A stretch of 32,000 nt of DNA. Source: Anabaena cylindrica UHCC 0172 (GTDB lineage Bacteria; Cyanobacteriota; Cyanobacteriia; Cyanobacteriales; Nostocaceae). The DNA lies in the NCBI RefSeq assembly GCF_034931625.1, contig NZ_JAYGGY010000091.1, positions 20,647 to 52,646 of the forward strand, read 5' to 3'. Position numbers and translations under genes: made by a program. Each line of letters starts with the position of its first letter. Positions within the stretch are counted from its first letter, which is position 1. Positions 26,431 through 32,000 of the stretch are shown piece after piece. The notes under the pieces are model-generated. The model did not search any database, was not told where the DNA came from, and saw nothing but the letters and a program-made list of their open reading frames with translations.

Positions 26431-27084
26431 ATGGTTACTCAGGTGCAGATTGTCGAATGGTTACACGTATTTTCTTCTGTGATTGAGCATCATAAGGAAG
26501 ATTTGACGGAATTAGATGCGGCTATTGGTGATGCTGATCATGGTATCAATATGGATCGTGGGTTTAAAAAGGTCAACAGTATTTTACCGAGTATTGCCGG
26601 CAAGGACATCAGCAGCATTTTCAAAAACGTCGGTATGACTTTAATTTCCAGTATTGGCGGTGCGAGTGGACCTCTGTATGGAACTTGGTTTTTAAAAGCT
26701 AGTTCGGCTACTGCTGGGAAACAAGAATTATCTCAAGACGATGTCTTAAAGTTACTTCAATCTGGTTTAGATGGAGTGCTGGAACGGGGGAAGGCGCAGT
26801 TGGGAGATAAGACAATGGTGGATGTACTTTCCCCGGCTGTAGTGGCTTTTGAGCAAGCTGTGGGTGAAGGGATGATGGGGACTGTGGCAGCCTTGGAAGT
26901 GGCTGTTTCGGCTGCGGAACAAGGGTTAAAGGCAACTATACCCATGTTAGCAAAGAAAGGTAGAGCGAGTTATTTGGGCGATCGCAGTATAGGACATCAA
27001 GATCCCGGTGGAACTTCTGCTTATTGGATGTTGCGGAGTTTGTTGGAAGTACTAAAAGGCTCTAATGCAATTCGTAATTCGTAA
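26431..27084 (+). CDS. dhaL: Dihydroxyacetone kinase, DhaL (nucleotide-binding) subunit
   Basis: DAAIGDADHGINM motif. ATG 26431 lies 1 nt after the dhaK stop; the longer 26389 start would overlap dhaK by 41 nt. Confidence 0.9.
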   Translation: MVTQVQIVEWLHVFSSVIEHHKEDLTELDAAIGDADHGINMDRGFKKVNSILPSIAGKDISSIFKNVGMTLISSIGGASGPLYGTWFLKASSATAGKQELSQDDVLKLLQSGLDGVLERGKAQLGDKTMVDVLSPAVVAFEQAVGEGMMGTVAALEVAVSAAEQGLKATIPMLAKKGRASYLGDRSIGHQDPGGTSAYWMLRSLLEVLKGSNAIRNS

Positions 27085-27088
27085 TTAT

Positions 27089-28075
27089 TTATTTTCTTCT
27101 TTGTTTCCCTGTCAACTCCAATAACTTAACACTGGCGTAAAGTGCATCAATATGAGGCGTGGGTGTTTGCGTAAGTTTACTTAATTCTACCACTGCACCT
27201 GCGATCGCTTCTATTTCTGTTGGTCGTCCGGCTTCAATATCTTGTAACATTGATGTTTTATGAGCGCCAACTTTTTCTGCACCATTAATCCGCTGTTCTA
27301 AACTAATGCCAAATTTAATACCTAAGTTTTCGGCGATAGTTTGTGCTTCTAACATCATTTGTCTTGCTAGTTCTCGGCTGGGAGGGTATTGAGCAATGGC
27401 TTCTAGGGTTGCACCAGTTAAGGAACTAATGGGATTAAATGCGATATTTCCCCATAATTTCACCCATATTTCTGTTCTAATTTGATTCCGTACAGGAGCT
27501 TTAAATCCTGCTTTTTTTAAGGCTTGGGCTAATAATTGGATACGTTCAGTTTTAGAACCGTCGATTTCTCCGAGTGTAAATCTTTCCCCTTCCAGATGCT
27601 GAATTACTCCCGGTGCTACTATTTCCGCAGCAGGATAGACAACACAGCCAATCACCCTGTCAATATCAATGTTGTTTTCAATAATACCATCTGAATCAAG
27701 AGAATTTAAACGTGTTCCTTCATATTCCCCACCATGTTTGCGGAAATACCACCAAGGAATACCATTTTGAGCAGTGACTACCATTGTTTGCTCATGACAG
27801 AGTTGAGGAAGAAAAGGTGCGATCGCACTCACACTATTAGATTTTACTGCTAAAATCACTACATCTTGAGGTTCAATTGCTGTAAAATCACTAGTAGCTA
27901 AAACCGGGTTAGCAACTTGGCTAGAACCATCAGCTAATATGATTTTTAGTCCATTTTTTTGAATTGCTTCTAAATGGGAACCGCGAGCAATTAAAGTTAC
28001 CTCTTCACCACTTAAAATTAACTTAGCACCCAGATAACCACCAATCGCACCAGCACCAACAATACAGATTTTCAT
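27089..28075 (-). CDS. panE: 2-dehydropantoate 2-reductase (ApbA/PanE) family oxidoreductase
   Basis: N-terminal Rossmann motif MKICIVGAGAIGGYLG and a C-terminal HKTSMLQDIEAGRPTEIEAI ketopantoate-reductase signature. Physiological substrate not certain. Confidence 0.7.
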   Translation of the reverse strand: MKICIVGAGAIGGYLGAKLILSGEEVTLIARGSHLEAIQKNGLKIILADGSSQVANPVLATSDFTAIEPQDVVILAVKSNSVSAIAPFLPQLCHEQTMVVTAQNGIPWWYFRKHGGEYEGTRLNSLDSDGIIENNIDIDRVIGCVVYPAAEIVAPGVIQHLEGERFTLGEIDGSKTERIQLLAQALKKAGFKAPVRNQIRTEIWVKLWGNIAFNPISSLTGATLEAIAQYPPSRELARQMMLEAQTIAENLGIKFGISLEQRINGAEKVGAHKTSMLQDIEAGRPTEIEAIAGAVVELSKLTQTPTPHIDALYASVKLLELTGKQRRK

Positions 28076-28194
28076 AACAGCTATTACTAAAATTATGCAA
28101 AAATTGAAAATGTCTGAATCAAGATTTTCAGGATTAAAGGATTTACAAGATGTTTATTTACATTTGTTGTGTGAAAACTAATTAAAAAAACATA

Positions 28195-28323
28195 AGAATT
28201 CAGGAGTCAGAATGCTTATAGAATAAGGAATAGAAAGAAGTGATACTTGCTCAAAATCATCAAAATTGACTCGAAAAGCCTTTATTTTCTTAACTTGGAG
28301 TATTCTCTAGCCTGGATACTTAC
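28195..28323 (+). repeat. Dispersed element of about 135 nt (same family as 9249-9384)
   Basis: See 9249-9384. A partial further copy lies inside the tandem duplication at 28451-28525. Confidence 0.7.
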
Positions 28324-28615
28324 AGAAAAACAAATAATTACAATCCTGATTCAGACAAATAAAGAAATAATCACCATCCTGTAAATCTTTAAATCCTGAA
28401 AATCCTGATTCAGACAGATATTTATTTTATCCAATATCCAACAATTTCGCAAAATCATCAAAATTGACTCGAAAAGCCTTTATTTTCCTGACTTGGAGTA
28501 TTCTCTAGCCTGAATACTTACAGAAAAACAAATAATCACAATCCTGTAAATCTTTAAATCCTGAAAATCCTGATTCAGACAAATATTTATGTTATCCAAT
28601 ATCCAACAATTTCGC
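28253..28615. repeat. Tandem duplication (units of about 197 and 165 bp) that includes the last 24 nt of the acyl-CoA synthetase gene
   Basis: aaaatcatcaaaattgactcgaaaagcctttatttc...ttatccaatatccaacaatttcgc occurs at 28253-28450 and 28451-28615. ttatccaatatccaacaatttcgc (28427-28450) copies the CDS end at 28592-28615. Confidence 0.8.
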
Positions 28616-30085
28616 CATTGCTAAACGTTGTAACTTACCCGTAGCACCACGAGGTAAAGCTTCTAAAATGTGAATTTGTTTAGGTACTTTAAAATCTGCT
28701 AATGTATTTGAGCAATATTGCTGAAGTTCTTTTTCACTAACTTCTAATTTCAGCACCACAGCAGCGTGAATTTCTTCACCTAGATTTTTGTGAGGTACAG
28801 CAAAAGCTAAAGCTTCCGCAACCGCAGGATGACGTAATAAAACATTATCTACTTCTAAAGGTGAAATTTTTTCCCCACCCCGGTTAATTAATTCCTTAAT
28901 TCTCCCAGTTAAATGCAGATATCCATCAGCATCTATTATCCCTTGATCTCCGGTGCGAAACCAACCATTTATAAAAGCAGTCGCGTTAGCATCTGGGTTA
29001 TTTTCATAACCATCAATCACATTTGCACCCTTTACTACCACTTCACCCAAACTACCTTGAGTTAACAAATTACCTTCATCATCCATAATTCCCACATCTA
29101 CATTAAAACCATAACCCACAGTTCCTGGTTTACGAATTTTTGGTGGTAAGGGGTTGGTTGACATTAAGTGGGCTGCTTCCGTCATACTGTAAGATTCTAA
29201 AACGGGAGAATTTAAGGTTTTCTCCATTTGTTCGATGATAACTGGCGCTAAAGATGCACTACTAGAACGAATGAAGCGGAAGGGGTTATTTTTAACAATT
29301 TCTTGATTACGAATTGCCCGTGCTAGAATTGTTTGATGCATGGTAGGCGCGGCTGAATACCAAGTAGGTTTGTAAGTTTCTACGAGTTTCCAAAATTCCA
29401 ACGCATTAAAACCATTGGGACAAATTAAAGTCCCTCCTGATGCAAGAGTTGCTAATAAACATCCTACCAATCCATGAATATGGAAAAGTGGCATTAGACA
29501 AAGTGTAATATCAGCAGATGTGAGTGAATAAGCAGCGATGATATTATTAGCGGAAGCGATTAAGTTACGATGACGAATGGGTACACGTTTAGGACGACTG
29601 GTAGTACCACTAGTATGTAAAATCATCGCCACATCATCAGCGTTGGGTGATTCAGAATTGATGGTTGCTGTTGATATCGGTTTAGCTAATTCAAAGTTTA
29701 AAGTTCCATTTTTATTGATTTTAGCATTAATTAACATCATATCTTGTGTAACACCTTTAATAGCTGCTTCAGGAGTTTCCGATAATGTAATTAGCGCTTT
29801 AGCTTGAGTATCTTCGTAATAAAAAGCAAATTCGTCTTGTTTATATTTAGGATTTAATGGTGCAGCCGTCCCACATAATGCAGATGCTAAAAAGGTAATA
29901 GCCATTGGGACACCATTAGTCATGGCGATGGCGATACGATCTCCTTTTTTTAAACCAAAGCTATGCAGTTGAGATGTTAACTCAGTTATATTTTCACGTA
30001 ACTGCTGATAAGTAATTATAGAACCATCAGGAGTGATTAAAGCTGAATGATTGTTTGTTCCTGTTAAAAGATCAAATAAATTCAT
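28592..30085 (-). CDS. AMP-dependent acyl-CoA synthetase/ligase (possibly Pcs60/AAE3-like oxalate-CoA ligase clade)
   Basis: AMP-binding signature LHTSGTTSRPK, plus GWFRTGD and a C-terminal GKLQR. The PLFHIHGL segment resembles AAE3/Pcs60 from memory only. Confidence 0.85.
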   Translation of the reverse strand: MNLFDLLTGTNNHSALITPDGSIITYQQLRENITELTSQLHSFGLKKGDRIAIAMTNGVPMAITFLASALCGTAAPLNPKYKQDEFAFYYEDTQAKALITLSETPEAAIKGVTQDMMLINAKINKNGTLNFELAKPISTATINSESPNADDVAMILHTSGTTSRPKRVPIRHRNLIASANNIIAAYSLTSADITLCLMPLFHIHGLVGCLLATLASGGTLICPNGFNALEFWKLVETYKPTWYSAAPTMHQTILARAIRNQEIVKNNPFRFIRSSSASLAPVIIEQMEKTLNSPVLESYSMTEAAHLMSTNPLPPKIRKPGTVGYGFNVDVGIMDDEGNLLTQGSLGEVVVKGANVIDGYENNPDANATAFINGWFRTGDQGIIDADGYLHLTGRIKELINRGGEKISPLEVDNVLLRHPAVAEALAFAVPHKNLGEEIHAAVVLKLEVSEKELQQYCSNTLADFKVPKQIHILEALPRGATGKLQRLAMAKLLDIG

Positions 30086-30126
30086 TGTTGATTCCTTATT
30101 ACGTTATTGACAAAATTACTTTTTTC

Positions 30127-30322
30127 TAGGACTTACGCACTGTAAAAACTTCATGATATGTATGAACGAAATTACTTAGTTTCAGGTTTTTGAAATAGCC
30201 TATTAGTGCGGTGCGTCAGATAGAGAAAATCTGGTGTGTACTAAATTAGCGGGTCTGACGCACCCTACAAGAGATAAAATCCATAATCCATATTTAATAG
30301 ATTTTGTCAATGTGTAAGTCCT
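30127..30322. repeat. MITE-like nested inverted repeats in the divergent promoter region
   Basis: Outer pair taggacttacgcac (30127-30140) / gtgtaagtccta (30311-30322). Inner pair gtgcgtcaga (30211-30220) / tctgacgcac (30255-30264). Confidence 0.5.
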
Positions 30323-30486
30323 ATTTTCTTAATTTTCCTCTGTCACCTGTTCTTGACATTTTAAAGCCAAAGCAATAGTTTTATTCTATAGGTAGGGGTT
30401 GAGTAAGTATTTATCTGTTTTATGATTCCTATAATGGGAATTAGTCTTCGGAAATAATTAATATAGCTAAATCAATAGGATTTTTT

Positions 30487-31020
30487 ATGAACACATCCAC
30501 ATCCTTAAAACAGTTAAAGGCAGAATTGATTACGCCGGAAAATTTTCAGCGTTATGGACAGGTGATATTTTCTAGTGGAGACGGAAAAGCTTTTGATGCT
30601 GAAGATGCACATTTAAATTTACAAAATGGCATTCCTCGCTTTTATATTATGCGATTGCAGAAAAATGGGAATAAGTTCCATAAAATTACTCGACATATTC
30701 AATGTACTCAATGTTTGGGTTCTTTGGCAGGGAAAGATTGGTTGATGGCAGTTTGTCCACCTGATAATGCAATTAATGAACCTGTGTTAGCTGAACTTGC
30801 TGCTTTCCGTATTCCGGGAAATTGTTTTATTAAATTAGAAGTGGGAACTTGGCACGCGGGACCGTATTTTGACCATGAGTTTGTCGATTTTTATAATTTG
30901 GAATTAAGTGATACAAATGTGGTGGATCATTTCACTCATGATTTTCTCAAAAGTCATCAATTAAAGTTTGAAATGATTTACAGCAGAATTCAGGAGTCAG
31001 GAGTCAGGAGTCAGGAGTAA
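30487..31020 (+). CDS. Ureidoglycolate lyase (AllA, PF04115)-like protein
   Basis: The N-terminal LKAELITPENFQRYGQVI resembles the family start (L.PLT.E.F.PFG.VI). 177 aa, and the last 9 codons are encoded by an STRR array. Confidence 0.5.
   Translation: MNTSTSLKQLKAELITPENFQRYGQVIFSSGDGKAFDAEDAHLNLQNGIPRFYIMRLQKNGNKFHKITRHIQCTQCLGSLAGKDWLMAVCPPDNAINEPVLAELAAFRIPGNCFIKLEVGTWHAGPYFDHEFVDFYNLELSDTNVVDHFTHDFLKSHQLKFEMIYSRIQESGVRSQE
30991..31018. repeat. STRR heptamer array (caggagt, 4 units) forming the 3' end of the preceding CDS
   Basis: caggagt x4 is translated as QESGVRSQE. The TAA stop at 31018-31020 straddles the array end. Confidence 0.9.
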
Positions 31021-31146
31021 AACTGCCTTGGTGTCTAGGTTTCAATTTAGATTCTGTACCTCATTGATCTGCAATCTGCTGTATTAGGAAGAAGATGATA
31101 GCAAAAATATATAGATAGCGTTTCTTTGGTTAAGTTGAGTTACAAG

Positions 31147-31197
31147 AACCCCACCCCCAACCCCCTCCCCGAAACAGCGGGGAGGGGACTATGATGT
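31147..31197. repeat. Dispersed GC-rich hairpin repeat (second copy at 22279-22320)
   Basis: aaccccacccccaaccccctccccgaaacagcggggaggggactatgatgt versus caccccacccccaaccccgcaagcgaggaggggactatgatgt. Stem: cccctcc / ggagggg. Confidence 0.75.
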
Positions 31198-31232
31198 CTC
31201 TCCCTCATCTCCCTCATCACCTCTCTCACCTT

Positions 31233-32000
31233 TTATTGACAAACTTCGGCTAAGGTGTTGGTAAAGTTGGGATAGGAAATAGCAGCGGCTTCTGCACGGT
31301 GAATGGTGGTTGTACCGGTGGCGTTGAGAGCTGCGATCGCTAAACTCATTGCTATACGATGGTCTGTATGGCTGTCTACGTCGGTTCCTACTAGGGGAGT
31401 ACCACCAATAATTTCCATGCCATCGGCTAATTCGGTGATTTTAGCGCCCATTTGATTGAGTTGTTGCGCCATCACGGTAATGCGATCGCTCTCTTTCACT
31501 CTCAACTCGGCTGCATCCCTAATAATAGTAGTACCTTCAGCGAATACCGCCGCTACTGCCAAAATGGGAATTTCATCAATTAATCTCGGTATAATATCTC
31601 CAGCAATGGTGCAGCTTTTTAACCGACTCGAACGCACCCGCAAATCAGCAACTGGTTCCCCAGCGACTTCCCGCTGATTTTCTAGCTGGATATCTGCTCC
31701 CATCATGGCTAAAGCTTCTAAAATCCCCGTGCGCGTTGGGTTCACACCGACATTTTCCACCAGCAAATCTGAACCAGGAACAATAGATCCTGCAACTAAC
31801 CAAAAGGCTGCTGAACTAATATCACCGGGAACAACCACTTTTTGACCGTATAACTTAGCATTACCCATCACAGTCACACTATGGGTTTCCGGGTCTATAC
31901 TCAATTCTGCCCCAAAAGCCCTTAACATTCGCTCACTGTGATCCCGTGATAAAGCGGGTTCGGTGACGGTAGTTTTCCCTTCGGTGTTTAAACCCGCTAA
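31233..32000 (-). CDS. aroA: 3-phosphoshikimate 1-carboxyvinyltransferase (EPSP synthase), N-terminus off-window (partial)
   Basis: The frame stays open to nt 32000 ([30 protein letters not shown]...). C-terminal [13 protein letters not shown] motif. Confidence 0.92.
   Translation of the reverse strand, partial: LAGLNTEGKTTVTEPALSRDHSERMLRAFGAELSIDPETHSVTVMGNAKLYGQKVVVPGDISSAAFWLVAGSIVPGSDLLVENVGVNPTRTGILEALAMMGADIQLENQREVAGEPVADLRVRSSRLKSCTIAGDIIPRLIDEIPILAVAAVFAEGTTIIRDAAELRVKESDRITVMAQQLNQMGAKITELADGMEIIGGTPLVGTDVDSHTDHRIAMSLAIAALNATGTTTIHRAEAAAISYPNFTNTLAEVCQ

Overview
Chromosomal replication-origin region of a filamentous, probably heterocyst-forming cyanobacterium (Nostocales-like). 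The assignment rests on HIP1 octamers GCGATCGC (e.g. 2010-2017, 7801-7808, 17476-17483, 18812-18819), heptameric STRR arrays at gene ends, many MITE-like hairpin repeats, and a phytochrome/cyanobacteriochrome kinase. Core genes on the minus strand are dnaA, a DnaA-box cluster (oriC candidate) and dnaN. Other housekeeping genes: an HtrA-type protease, def, a GET3/ArsA ATPase, dhaK-dhaL, a ketopantoate-reductase family gene, an acyl-CoA synthetase and partial aroA. The left third (about 0.8-9.8 kb) is an AT-rich glycan-modification island with two GT2 glycosyltransferases, a pyruvyl transferase, a SAM methyltransferase and two divergent PP-loop paralogues I cannot assign to a named family. Three candidates deserve most attention. 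(1) An NB-ARC/TPR NLR-like STAND gene is separated from its N-terminal helical module by a single in-frame TGA (22863-22865). (2) The PP-loop pair brackets the pyruvyl transferase. (3) An Rpn/PD-(D/E)XK-like gene sits between dnaA and oriC, flanked by a 72-nt duplication of the dnaA 3' end. Intergenic regions are dominated by dispersed and tandem repeats, including duplicated gene-end relics. No rRNA, tRNA or CRISPR array was recognised. All functional calls come from motif recognition by eye; no database search was run.
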